From: Thermoplasmatales archaeon
GTDB lineage: Archaea > Thermoplasmatota > E2 > DHVEG-1
Assembly (NCBI GenBank): GCA_030672305.1
Contig: DAOVGR010000047.1
Location: 17 to 64,016 of the forward strand
Direction of reading: 5' to 3'
Length of the DNA: 64,000 nucleotides
The position numbers and the translations under genes are program-made. Shown piece by piece: positions 47,907-57,137 of the stretch; position 1 is the first letter of the stretch; every line of letters starts with the position of its first letter. The notes beneath the pieces are model-generated. The model was not told the DNA's origin. It ran no database searches and saw only the letters and a program-made list of their open reading frames with translations.

Positions 47907-47998
47907 AATAGTTATTTTATTTTTTACTAATTTATTTTTTTTATTTTTTTTTTAAGGTAGCAATATTTTTATAATCTTTATTGTTTTAGGGGATATTA

Positions 47999-48694
47999 AT
48001 GCCAAAATTATCAAATGCAGAACTTCTAGAAAATGTATTGCATGGACTCTTTACTACAGCTGGTAGTAGGACTAGTCAAAACTTTGCGGGTGCAGTTATA
48101 CATGCAATAACAAAAGCACTAGAACAAAAATATGATTTTTTAAACTATGTTAAATTTAATATTAAAGGAGAATCTGATGAATTGGTAAGTATTTCTTCAG
48201 ACTTAAATTCTATTGATATCATGAGATTAGGTCAAGCAGTTGAAGCTATTTTAAAAGTTATTTGTATGGATTTTAAGGATAAGGCTGGACTTTATTTTAT
48301 AAATGAGTTTAAGAAAAATATTGGAGAACAAGCTATATCTGATCTTAAGGAAGTCGGTATAGATTTTGAACTACTTAAGATTCAGCAACATTATTTATAT
48401 AGGCATCATGAAAGAATAAAAAGAAAATCTAAGACTGATGATTTTGTAGATAAGAAAGAGAAAAGTTTATTAGATTATTCATGGGAAAATGTATCAAAAT
48501 GGGATTATAATGCTGACAATCATACTTGTAAAATTTATGACAAAGATGGGAAACTTTTAGATCTAGTGGATTTAGATGAAATTGTTAAAAAATACGTTCA
48601 TTATTTAACTGAAGCTGAATCCCTTAAAACAACTACAGATTATAATTTGGATAAAAAGGATAAAGGTTTGAAGAAGAAGAAATCATCAAATTAG
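47999..48694 (+). CDS. Unknown-function protein, tandem paralog 1
   Basis: Shares with the next gene an N-terminal ~130-aa domain, the motif QQHYLYR(H/R)H, and a C-terminal module LL.YSW.NVS.W......N..C.IYDK.GK.LD...LD.IV.KY. A TATA-like TTTTTATAAT lies at 47966-47975. Confidence 0.6.
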   Translation: MPKLSNAELLENVLHGLFTTAGSRTSQNFAGAVIHAITKALEQKYDFLNYVKFNIKGESDELVSISSDLNSIDIMRLGQAVEAILKVICMDFKDKAGLYFINEFKKNIGEQAISDLKEVGIDFELLKIQQHYLYRHHERIKRKSKTDDFVDKKEKSLLDYSWENVSKWDYNADNHTCKIYDKDGKLLDLVDLDEIVKKYVHYLTEAESLKTTTDYNLDKKDKGLKKKKSSN

Positions 48695-48751
48695 AAGCAT
48701 CTCTATCTGGAGATAAAATATTTCTAATATACCGATAGGAGAGGGAGCGAT

Positions 48752-49645
48752 ATGTCTAAATTGCAAAATTCTGATCTGCTAAGAAGCATAATAAAAGCTG
48801 TTTACATTACAGCAAGTAGAAGAACTACTCCAAGTTTTGCAATTGCAGTTTTAGGTGCTATTACTAGAACACTTGAACAAAGGTTTGATTTTTTAAAAAA
48901 TATTGTTTTCCGCGAAGAGAGAGGAGCTGAGGATTTTGTAATGGTTAATTGTAATGTTAACTCTATTGAACCATTAATTATCGCAAAAGCTATAGAAACT
49001 ATTGTTCAGGTTGTGTATATGGATCTTAGTGAAACGGCGGGATTTTTCTTTATAAAGGAGTTGATGAGGAATGCTGGTGACAATGTTATTTCAAATCTTA
49101 AAGATATTGGTGTTGATTTGGAGCTCATTCAGATTCAACAGCATTATTTGTATAGACGTCACAGTAAAAGTACTAAAAATAAGTTAAATAAGGGGCAAGA
49201 GCAAATTGATAATGTGAGTCTCCTTGGTTATTCATGGAAGAATGTTTCAAACTGGACATTCGATACTGATAACAAAACATGTATTATTTATGATAAAAAT
49301 GGTAAAGAATTAGATTATTTAAACCTTGATACAATTGTTAGAAAATATATTAGTAGCATATCAGCAGATAGTGATGCTAATATAACTGATGAAAATAAAG
49401 AGGAAATAAAGAAAATTGAGCTTACTAAAAAAGAGTTTGAACTTTTAAATATCATTCAAAGACAAGATATCGATTTTGAATCTGCTTCTATATTGCTACG
49501 CATGTCTCAAGGAGAACTGAAGGATACAATTCTAAAATTATTAACCCTTGAATTATTACATTATATATCATATGATGAAGTAGCATTAACAGAAATTGGT
49601 GTGCAATATTTAAGTGAAAGAAAAAAAGCTGTAAAAACAGTTTGA
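48752..49645 (+). CDS. Unknown-function protein, tandem paralog 2, with an extra C-terminal winged-helix-like domain
   Basis: Aligns with paralog 1 over ~200 aa. The extra C-terminus LTKKEFELLNIIQRQDIDFESASILLRMSQGELKDTILKLLTLELLHYISYDEVALTEIG resembles a MarR/wHTH domain. GGAGAGGGAG lies upstream of the ATG. Confidence 0.6.
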   Translation: MSKLQNSDLLRSIIKAVYITASRRTTPSFAIAVLGAITRTLEQRFDFLKNIVFREERGAEDFVMVNCNVNSIEPLIIAKAIETIVQVVYMDLSETAGFFFIKELMRNAGDNVISNLKDIGVDLELIQIQQHYLYRRHSKSTKNKLNKGQEQIDNVSLLGYSWKNVSNWTFDTDNKTCIIYDKNGKELDYLNLDTIVRKYISSISADSDANITDENKEEIKKIELTKKEFELLNIIQRQDIDFESASILLRMSQGELKDTILKLLTLELLHYISYDEVALTEIGVQYLSERKKAVKTV

Positions 49646-49851
49646 TAACATTATACTTTTACATTTTCATAATCTACAATTACAATTCTTAATAAATAAT
49701 ATATATATTTTTCCTTCAATTGAATCAATATATACATATTGTTTATCTCTTACATTTGCAATTTATTCTCCATTCTTTTAAACTTTAAATTAAAAAGTAA
49801 TTAACATTATTAACATTGTTTTGGTTTTAATGTATTATAAAATGGTTATAT

Positions 49852-50079
49852 TTATTTTTTTGAATAATCTTGAATTTGTTCAAGACTATTAACCATATCT
49901 TGAAGCTTTTTCATAGCTTTGGTTTTCCTAACTATTTCTTCCATATGGTTACGAGAGTATTCCTTAACTGCTCTTCTTATAAATTCAGATCGAGTAACAT
50001 ATTCACCAGATTTAACAAACATATCAATAATATGAGCATCTTGTCGGGATAGCCTAATCGTCATTCTAATATCTTGCAA
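49852..50079 (-). CDS. Ribbon-helix-helix (CopG/Arc/MetJ-type) DNA-binding protein
   Basis: MTIRLSRQDAHIIDMFVKSGEYVTRSEFIRRAVKEY shows the RHH beta-strand plus two-helix pattern. Confidence 0.7.
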   Translation of the reverse strand: MQDIRMTIRLSRQDAHIIDMFVKSGEYVTRSEFIRRAVKEYSRNHMEEIVRKTKAMKKLQDMVNSLEQIQDYSKK

Positions 50080-50164
50080 TTAAAAACCCCCAATATCATT
50101 TATTTCAATAACATTATTATTATAAATAATTTCCCACAAAAATTATGACTATTTTTATGAATTG

Positions 50165-50185
50165 GAATTGCATAAAATGCAATTC
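50165..50185. promoter_or_regulatory. Perfect 9-bp inverted repeat GAATTGCAT-AAA-ATGCAATTC upstream of the RHH gene (candidate operator)
   Basis: Read directly from the sequence. It lies 86-106 nt upstream of the RHH start at 50079. Confidence 0.3.
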
Positions 50186-50285
50186 ACTACTAAAGAATAA
50201 TAACGGAATTGTAAAATAGCAAATATAAAATATTGCCTCCATGATATTATTAACTTGAAATTCTTTTGTTTTATAGGGGTAAGAT

Positions 50286-50366
50286 ATGGTTAAAGCAATT
50301 TGGAAAAATAAGATTATAGCAGAAAACGATACTTATGAAGTAATCGAAGAAAATAAATATTTTTGA
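50286..50366 (+). pseudogene. Remnant of a DUF427-family gene (first ~26 codons only)
   Basis: MVKAIWKNKIIAENDTYEVIEENKYF followed by a stop matches the characteristic DUF427 N-terminus (M.KA.W.g..iAesd....vE.N.YFP). No continuation was found in any frame. Confidence 0.5.
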
Positions 50367-50403
50367 TAAGTTATCTTACTCATATATATGGTAGGAGCGG
50401 ATC

Positions 50404-50514
50404 ATGAATAAAAATAAACATATCTTGGTTATTTTAAGTGCCATACTCATTGTTAGTTTGTTTTTCTCGGATTGTACTGAAAAAGAAACAACAACAGAAA
50501 AAAGTGAAAGGTGA
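50404..50514 (+). CDS. Candidate 36-aa signal-peptide/lipoprotein-like micropeptide
   Basis: Sequence MNKNKHILVILSAILIVSLFFSDCTEKETTTEKSER. AGGAG lies 7 nt upstream of the ATG, and the ORF ends 3 nt before the response-regulator gene. Confidence 0.3.
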   Translation: MNKNKHILVILSAILIVSLFFSDCTEKETTTEKSER

Positions 50515-50517
50515 AGG

Positions 50518-50895
50518 ATGATGAAGAAAAAGATTATGGTAGTTGATGATGAGCCGGATCAAATACTTACAGTTAAACTGGTTATAGAAGATTTTAGCGA
50601 TAAGTATGAAGTCATAGGTGCAGATAGTGGTAAGCAATGCCTTGAACTATTGAAAGATAGCCAGATTCCTGATCTTATATTATTGGATATTATGATGCCA
50701 GGTATGAATGGATGGGATGTAGCAGCTGAAATCAAAAAAAACCCAATTTGGAATAAAATCCCTCTAGTTTTTTTAACTGCTAAAACAGATTCATTTAGTA
50801 AAACATTCGGTGGTATTGTAAGCCAGGATTATATCACAAAACCATATGAAAAGAAAGAGTTGAAAGAGTGTATTGATAAGTTCTTAGATGAATAG
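50518..50895 (+). CDS. Stand-alone CheY-like response regulator receiver domain
   Basis: MVVDDEPD, phospho-acceptor context LILLDIMMPGMNGWDV, and PLVFLTAK. Confidence 0.85.
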   Translation: MMKKKIMVVDDEPDQILTVKLVIEDFSDKYEVIGADSGKQCLELLKDSQIPDLILLDIMMPGMNGWDVAAEIKKNPIWNKIPLVFLTAKTDSFSKTFGGIVSQDYITKPYEKKELKECIDKFLDE

Positions 50896-51193
50896 AACTG
50901 TCAGATATTAAGAATTCCGATCTCCTTAAAGTGACACTATAAGCCCTTTACACTACTACGGCAAGGAGAACAACTACAAAGCTTTGCAGTTGCAGTTATA
51001 GACTCCAGAGCAAACAATACGTAACAGCTACTTAACCAGAAACATGCCCCTTCATCAAATAAAATAGAGATATTGTTTCGTATTTACCAGTAAAAATTGC
51101 TCGTTATTTTAAATAGGTAACATAAAATAAATTAATTTGTTACAAAATTCATAATAAATATTATTATTGAAAATAACTGATGTATAAAAATTA

Positions 51194-51279
51194 CGCCGAG
51201 GGGGAGATTTGAACTCCCGAGGGGACGAGTCCCCACGAGCTTTCCAGGCTCGCGCCGTTCCGGGCTGGGCCACCTCGGC
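51194..51279 (-). tRNA. tRNA-Ser (anticodon GGA)
   Basis: The reverse complement GCCGAGGTGGCCCAGCCCGGAACGGCGCGAGCCTGGAAAGCTCGTGGGGACTCGTCCCCTCGGGAGTTCAAATCTCCCCCTCGGCG folds as a cloverleaf. It has a 7-bp acceptor stem, anticodon loop CTGGAAA, a long variable arm and T-loop TTCAAAT. No CCA end is encoded. Confidence 0.92.
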
Positions 51280-51309
51280 AAAAACAAATACTGGAAACAA
51301 ACCTTTCTT

Positions 51310-52311
51310 TTAAGACTTTTTCCAGATTGAAGGATAGGTACCTTTATTCATTAATACTCTTACAAGATTAGCACATACTCCTTTATCCTTCTGGATAATG
51401 TCTTCTGTAGACATCATGGATTTAGCAAGGGCAACACCTTCATTTTTCATTGTTAAAACAGCGACCATATCACCGTTTTTGATATCTGAATCAATCTCAA
51501 CAACACCAGGGACAGCTAGACTTGCTCCATGACACAATGCATCTACTGCAGAATCACGAATAACTATTTTTGGTAAATGATCAAGTAATCTTTCTAATGG
51601 ATGAATAATTGATTTTATCTCTTTCTCATCGCCTTCTCCTTTCCAAAAAATATAAGCATCTTTTAAATCATGTAAGATAAACGAATTTTCTTCACATAGA
51701 TTTCCAACCCTAGTGCGTCTTAGTTCTGCAAGATGTGCCTTAGTTTTTAACTTTTTACCTATATCAACACAAAGAGTTCTAACGTAAGTTCCAGTTTCAC
51801 AACCAACACGAAACAAAACATTCCTGCTATTGATTTGAATAACGTCAAAATAATAAATATGTCTTTTACGCTTAACCCTTTTAACGGCAGATCTTAAGGG
51901 AGGAATTTGAGTAATTTCACCAATAAAACTTTTACATACGTCCATTATCTTTTTTTTATCAATATCTTTATGAAGCTTCATTATACCAATGTATTCTTTT
52001 CCTGCGAAGAGAAGTGCCTGTAATGCTTTAGTTGCATTACCTAATCCAATAGGTAGAACACCTGTTGCGTTAGGATCAAGAGTACCACTATGACCAACTT
52101 TTTCAATATTGAAAATTCCTTTTATCCAGGAATCAACCTGGTGCGATGTAGGACCACTAGGTTTGTCAAGATTAATTACCCCACAACTTAAAAGCTCATC
52201 AATATCACGCTCAGAAGGAGATTTACCATAATTAGGATTTGTTTTGACCTGAACTTTAATGATTCGTTTATGTTTTTTATCTGATGGTAAATTGTATTTT
52301 TTGTCTAGCAT
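51310..52311 (-). CDS. cbf5: H/ACA RNP pseudouridine synthase Cbf5 (TruB family with PUA domain)
   Basis: NLDKPSGPTSHQV, HSGTLDPNATGVLP and the C-terminal PUA region. Confidence 0.9.
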   Translation of the reverse strand: MLDKKYNLPSDKKHKRIIKVQVKTNPNYGKSPSERDIDELLSCGVINLDKPSGPTSHQVDSWIKGIFNIEKVGHSGTLDPNATGVLPIGLGNATKALQALLFAGKEYIGIMKLHKDIDKKKIMDVCKSFIGEITQIPPLRSAVKRVKRKRHIYYFDVIQINSRNVLFRVGCETGTYVRTLCVDIGKKLKTKAHLAELRRTRVGNLCEENSFILHDLKDAYIFWKGEGDEKEIKSIIHPLERLLDHLPKIVIRDSAVDALCHGASLAVPGVVEIDSDIKNGDMVAVLTMKNEGVALAKSMMSTEDIIQKDKGVCANLVRVLMNKGTYPSIWKKS

Positions 52312-52349
52312 TATGATTCTCTAAAATATGTACCATATATAAAAAGTAT

Positions 52350-52877
52350 TTATCTATTAATTTTCTTGATTATTATTTCTACTATTTCCTCTGCTGTTTT
52401 ATCTTTTGAGTCAATAACAATATCATAAATAGATTTATCTTTAAGATCAATGTTATAATAGTTCTTATACCTCAAAGCTTCGCTTCCTTCTCTTTCAAGT
52501 ATCTCTTTCTTTCTGAATTCAACACTACCTTTTTCACGATTTACTATACGTCTTGCCCTTGTTTCTAAATCGGTATCGATTGCTACCTTTAAGGCAGGTA
52601 TATTATTCTGATATGCAAGCCAGCCTGCAAGTCTTCCTTCTAAAATAACATCTCCTTTTTCTAGGATTTCTAATTGACGAGCATCTAGTTTTTTATCAAT
52701 TTCACTGTTTTGTTCACAATATTTTCCAAATTTTTCAAGTTCCATATTATGTTCTTCTGCTAATTGTCTAAAAATCATTCCAGAGTAAATATAATTTAAT
52801 CCGAGTTTTTTTTCCAAAATTTTTGCTACTGTAGACTTTCCGCTACCTGGTGTTCCACTTATCGTAATTGTGACCAT
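52350..52877 (-). CDS. cmk: Cytidylate kinase, archaeal type
   Basis: P-loop ISGTPGSGKSTVAK; 175 aa; located in the conserved adk-DUF106-cmk string. Confidence 0.85.
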   Translation of the reverse strand: MVTITISGTPGSGKSTVAKILEKKLGLNYIYSGMIFRQLAEEHNMELEKFGKYCEQNSEIDKKLDARQLEILEKGDVILEGRLAGWLAYQNNIPALKVAIDTDLETRARRIVNREKGSVEFRKKEILEREGSEALRYKNYYNIDLKDKSIYDIVIDSKDKTAEEIVEIIIKKINR

Positions 52878-52889
52878 GATTCAATTATC

Positions 52890-53546
52890 TTAAACAGACG
52901 GTCTTATTTTTGCTTTTATGTTTTTCCATAAGTTAGACCAACTGAAATATTTTAATCCCAGTCTGATAATTTGTCCAATAACTATAGAAAATACAAGGTA
53001 AAGCCAAAGCCATGCTTGCATAATAAAAGATTCTTGTGAAATAAGTGGGACATCATTGCTCCAAGGTAAAGTAAAATAATAATGCGGTAATCCTGAAAGA
53101 AATGCTCTTAGCCACATGAAAATTGGCCATATGAAGATAATCAAAAACACCATTGGTTTCATCATTCCGCTAGAGGCCTCAGTCTGTCTTCTCATAATTT
53201 CTGGTTGCATTTTCATTAATTTGTTAACCCTATTGGTATTGCCTTCTCTTCTAGCTTTTGAAATTTCTTTTTGAAAAGATCTTGTTATTTCTTGTGATTC
53301 ACCCATTCTTTTCCAATCTGTAAAGAAGTTTGTTAGTGTAGAAGAAAGAAGAACAACTATTAATCCAGAAAAAAACAATGTTAGAACAGGAAATTGCCCT
53401 TCAAATCCTATTACTGGTCGTAATACAAGACCAAAATAATATCCAAGAATAGGTCCCAATGTAGGCATTATAAAAAATATCATCATCATAAATATCAATA
53501 ATAATAAAATATTGCTTCCTTGTGCTTTATTATCTAATTTTTTCAT
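52890..53546 (-). CDS. DUF106/EMC3-TMCO1-like membrane protein (Oxa1-superfamily insertase-like)
   Basis: Three TM segments with a coiled basic loop (KARREGNTNRVNKLMKMQPEIMRRQ). It occupies the conserved position between adk and cmk. Confidence 0.7.
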   Translation of the reverse strand: MKKLDNKAQGSNILLLLIFMMMIFFIMPTLGPILGYYFGLVLRPVIGFEGQFPVLTLFFSGLIVVLLSSTLTNFFTDWKRMGESQEITRSFQKEISKARREGNTNRVNKLMKMQPEIMRRQTEASSGMMKPMVFLIIFIWPIFMWLRAFLSGLPHYYFTLPWSNDVPLISQESFIMQAWLWLYLVFSIVIGQIIRLGLKYFSWSNLWKNIKAKIRPSV

Positions 53547-53554
53547 TTTATCAT

Positions 53555-54103
53555 CTACTTTAATACAGGTACCGTCTGTTTTACTGCGGCATCTATAGCA
53601 TTATCATGGTTAAAAACTATTTTGACTGTAGCACCACTCAATGCTGCATAAGCCATAGCTATTGCACGATTCATCATCTGATGTTCAGCAATTTGCTCTA
53701 TGGTATCTGGATCTCTATTTCTTGATGGATCATTTATCCTTCTATTGTATATTTCTTCAGAATCTGCTTCAACAACAACTATTGCTGTTGGATTTATTCT
53801 TTTTATAACCCATTCGGGAAGACCTGGCATATAACCCTTAGGAGTTTTTACTGTACAATGTGTATCTAGAATAACATTTCCCATACTTGCTACTTTTTCT
53901 GCTGATTTAATTTGTAGTTCTTTTTGTTGTTCTAGGGTCAATTTCCGCATTTCATCTCTATTCTTTACTAAACATGTTTCTATTGCAATATCCGCCATTA
54001 CTGTACCAAAAGTGACAAATTCTACAGCCAGTCCTTCTGCTGCTTTTTTCATAACAGTTGTTTTTCCCACCCCTGGTATACCTGTTACAATAATTACTCC
54101 CAT
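53555..54103 (-). CDS. adkA: Adenylate kinase, archaeal type
   Basis: MGVIIVTGIPGVGKTTV P-loop. ATG 54103 is preferred over 54139. Confidence 0.85.
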   Translation of the reverse strand: MGVIIVTGIPGVGKTTVMKKAAEGLAVEFVTFGTVMADIAIETCLVKNRDEMRKLTLEQQKELQIKSAEKVASMGNVILDTHCTVKTPKGYMPGLPEWVIKRINPTAIVVVEADSEEIYNRRINDPSRNRDPDTIEQIAEHQMMNRAIAMAYAALSGATVKIVFNHDNAIDAAVKQTVPVLK

Positions 54104-54125
54104 AACACATACCTGCCAATAGATT

Positions 54126-55667
54126 TTACTCTGTACCAAAGAATCCTCTTAGTACAGGATGCATTTCCATTGCTTGTTCCTTAGCAATATCCTCATACAG
54201 ACGAATTATAATACCTACTGTAAGAAGCACACCTGTACCACTTGCTTTACCTACTGTTCCGATTAAATCTGCAAAACCGGCAAGTGCTCCTACTGCAGCT
54301 CCACCAATGACTGTTACAACGGGTATATATCTTTCAAGAACCTTTCTTAATACACGGGGATCTCTTCTGAAACCTGGTATTTGCATTCCTGAGCTTTGAA
54401 TTTGTCGTGCAACAGCAGAAGGACCCATATCTGTTGTTTCAATCCAAAACTTCGCAAAAAGGATAGAACCGATTATCATCACAGATAGATATATTATAAC
54501 TTTTAGGGCATATTGAATGGAATCATGACCAATTCCATCCCCACCTGCCATTATTGGTATTAACCAATTATTAATCCCTCCAGGGCTTGATAGATACCAT
54601 GCTCCACCAGCCAAAGGCTGTGTACTTATTGTTGTGTCATAGGCTCCAATCCACCATTGACGTCCTAAAAGAGGTATATTAGATTGATAAAAAAGCATTG
54701 CAAACATGTTGATATTTGCAAGAAGAGCAGCCATTAAAATAACGGGAATATTTGATGCATAAATCAATCGAATAGGGTATCTTCCTCTTGCACCTCTCAC
54801 TTTTCCATGAGCAAGTGGAAGCTCTATACGAGAAGACTCTGCATATACCACAATTAGAAATATAACTATTGTACCAAGCAATGGTACAATTGCATTTTCA
54901 TATCCAATACGCGAATTACCGATAAACATCGTTTGATATCCTCCACTTACCATATCTTCAAGTGTCATTTGTGTTGATAGAAAATATGTACCAGGAATAA
55001 CGCCACTTGGAGGATTACCAAGACTTAACTCGCCAGCGCCACTTGATGGTAACCAGTTAAAAAGCCCAGTAAATATTGCTTGGGATACACCTGCAGCAAT
55101 AAATAGTGAGATACCAGAACCAATACCCCATTTTGATATAAGCTCATCCATGAAAAATACAAGCAAAGCTCCAATGACTAATTGAAGAATTATTAGAAAA
55201 TTAGCAACGCCTTCTCCACCAGCTAATCCGATTAATCCTTCACTTGGGCTTAAATAACCATATATTTGAGGAACGGCTTCAACGACAATCATAACTATTA
55301 CAAGAATTTTCTGTGTTCCCTGATAGATTGCTTTGTCTTCCTTTTTGGTTAAATCAAGTTTTATAATTTTTGCGCCAACAAACAATTGTAAAATAATGGA
55401 TGCTGTAACAATTGGTCCTATTCCAAGATGCATAATAGAACCAGAGGCTCCTGCCATAATAAAACGATAATTTTCAAAAAGATCTACAAATTGCTCTTTC
55501 ATACCAAAGATCATGATATTTGTCATGATGAAATAAAGTATCAAACAGAGAATAGTCCAGAATATTTTTGTTCTAAAATTAACATGACCTTCTGGCTTTG
55601 TAACTGCAGGCCATCTCTCAATAATTGGTTTTAGACGATATAGTAGACTCTTTTTTTCCTCTGCCAT
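54126..55667 (-). CDS. secY: Preprotein translocase subunit SecY
   Basis: 10-TM protein with typical SecY segments (GIGPIVTASIILQL, GISLFIAAG). It follows uL15. ATG 55667 is preferred over TTG 55679. Confidence 0.92.
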   Translation of the reverse strand: MAEEKKSLLYRLKPIIERWPAVTKPEGHVNFRTKIFWTILCLILYFIMTNIMIFGMKEQFVDLFENYRFIMAGASGSIMHLGIGPIVTASIILQLFVGAKIIKLDLTKKEDKAIYQGTQKILVIVMIVVEAVPQIYGYLSPSEGLIGLAGGEGVANFLIILQLVIGALLVFFMDELISKWGIGSGISLFIAAGVSQAIFTGLFNWLPSSGAGELSLGNPPSGVIPGTYFLSTQMTLEDMVSGGYQTMFIGNSRIGYENAIVPLLGTIVIFLIVVYAESSRIELPLAHGKVRGARGRYPIRLIYASNIPVILMAALLANINMFAMLFYQSNIPLLGRQWWIGAYDTTISTQPLAGGAWYLSSPGGINNWLIPIMAGGDGIGHDSIQYALKVIIYLSVMIIGSILFAKFWIETTDMGPSAVARQIQSSGMQIPGFRRDPRVLRKVLERYIPVVTVIGGAAVGALAGFADLIGTVGKASGTGVLLTVGIIIRLYEDIAKEQAMEMHPVLRGFFGTE

Positions 55668-55686
55668 TTTTAAACCCAAATAAACA

Positions 55687-56133
55687 TTATTCTTCTACTT
55701 GCTTTTCTTCTAATGTTGACTCTTTTGATATTTCTGGTAATATTATCTCTCCACCTTTTTCTTTGATTTTTGCAATAGCTTTTTCAGATGCTTCATTAAC
55801 CTTAATCTTAAGTTTTTTATTTAATCTTCCACCGCCAAGTAATTTATCAAAACCTTCTTTTGTTAGATCGATTTCATTTTTTCCTGGAAAATTATCCACA
55901 AGTTGCCCAATATTTATTGTTTTATTTCTCTTTGTTATACTTTGGTGTCTCTTGAAACCATGTTTTCCAAAATGATTTGGCATATTTTTTACCATATGCA
56001 TGTAACGATGTTTCAGCAGTCCAGCGTTTCCTCTGCCACCTCTTAAACCAGCACCACGGCCAGCTTTTTTACCTTTACCATGAGTCATTGATCCTCTGAA
56101 TTTCTTTGTTTTTGTTCGCGCCAATTCGATCAC
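55687..56133 (-). CDS. rpl15p: Ribosomal protein uL15
   Basis: GRGAGLRGGRGNAGLLKHR glycine-rich N-terminal motif; located upstream of secY. Confidence 0.9.
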   Translation of the reverse strand: MIELARTKTKKFRGSMTHGKGKKAGRGAGLRGGRGNAGLLKHRYMHMVKNMPNHFGKHGFKRHQSITKRNKTINIGQLVDNFPGKNEIDLTKEGFDKLLGGGRLNKKLKIKVNEASEKAIAKIKEKGGEIILPEISKESTLEEKQVEE

Positions 56134-56282
56134 TTTCCTTTATAATTTTCTATCTTTAGGTCTAAGCCAGATAAAGTAATGTATTATTATATTTTTGGAT
56201 ATGCTTATTCTATTATGAATATTAGTGGGCAATTTTCTTAAAAATTGCTATTTTAAGGGTTGCAGATAAAAAAACCTATTTA

Positions 56283-56891
56283 TTATCTTTTTGTTAGTAT
56301 CCTTAATAAAGATACATCATACTCAACAAATTTTTTTTCATGAAAAATATATGTATGCTTTATTGGAAAAATATAATTTTTATAGTAAGTAATTTCTCCA
56401 TTAAGAGCGGAAACCATTTTTTCTATAAAAGGAACTGTTTTTGTGAGATGAATAGTATAAATTACAGCTGAAATTTTAAATCCTCTTTCTATAAACTTTC
56501 TATCTGCTTTTAAATTACTTTTTTGAGCACCAAAAGGCGGGTTCATAAGAATTGTATCACATTTTTCTTTGATATCTAAAATATCTTTTTCTAAAAATTC
56601 AACAGATAAGTTATTTTTTTTTGCATATTTTTTTGCTTTTTCAATGATTTTCTTATCAACATCAAATCCAATAACTTTTTTAGCACCTGTAAGACTTGCC
56701 CCTATTGCAAAAATTCCAGTTCCACAACCTAAATCAAAAACTACTTTATCTTTTATATCTTCAAATTGGTGTGCCGTAAAAATAATATCTGCAACTATAC
56801 CTGCTGGCGTAAGGTATTGTTCAAATGTTGGAGATGGATTATCAAATGTAGGAATTTTTTGTAAGATTATTTCCAATTCTTTTTTTTTCAT
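56283..56891 (-). CDS. SAM-dependent N6-adenine-type methyltransferase (METTL5-like)
   Basis: SAM motif VFDLGCGTGIFAIG and catalytic MNPPFG. Confidence 0.75.
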   Translation of the reverse strand: MKKKELEIILQKIPTFDNPSPTFEQYLTPAGIVADIIFTAHQFEDIKDKVVFDLGCGTGIFAIGASLTGAKKVIGFDVDKKIIEKAKKYAKKNNLSVEFLEKDILDIKEKCDTILMNPPFGAQKSNLKADRKFIERGFKISAVIYTIHLTKTVPFIEKMVSALNGEITYYKNYIFPIKHTYIFHEKKFVEYDVSLLRILTKR

Positions 56892-56975
56892 TAAAATAAA
56901 AAATATGAAAACCTGTCAAAAACTTTATTGTGCGTAAATTTTATTTGCTATACTTTGTTTAGTGGCGTTTACTTT

Positions 56976-57049
56976 GGGCTTGTAGATTAGCTCGGAAGAT
57001 CGCCTCCTTGGCATGGAGGAGGCCTCGGGTTCAAATCCCGACAAGTCCA
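56976..57049 (+). tRNA. tRNA-Ala (anticodon GGC)
   Basis: GGGCTTGTAGATTAGCTCGGAAGATCGCCTCCTTGGCATGGAGGAGGCCTCGGGTTCAAATCCCGACAAGTCCA forms a cloverleaf with anticodon loop TTGGCAT. It carries the G3:U70 alanine identity pair. No CCA end is encoded. Confidence 0.92.
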
Positions 57050-57137
57050 TATTAAATATATTAATAAAAATATAAGATATTATATACAAAAGACTTAAAT
57101 ATGAGAATTTGCGTTTTATATATAAAAGTTTGATACT

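Noticed and set aside
51109-51300. Listed 63-aa ORF on the - strand.
   Set aside because: It is a translation of the tRNA-Ser gene and its flanks, so it is spurious.
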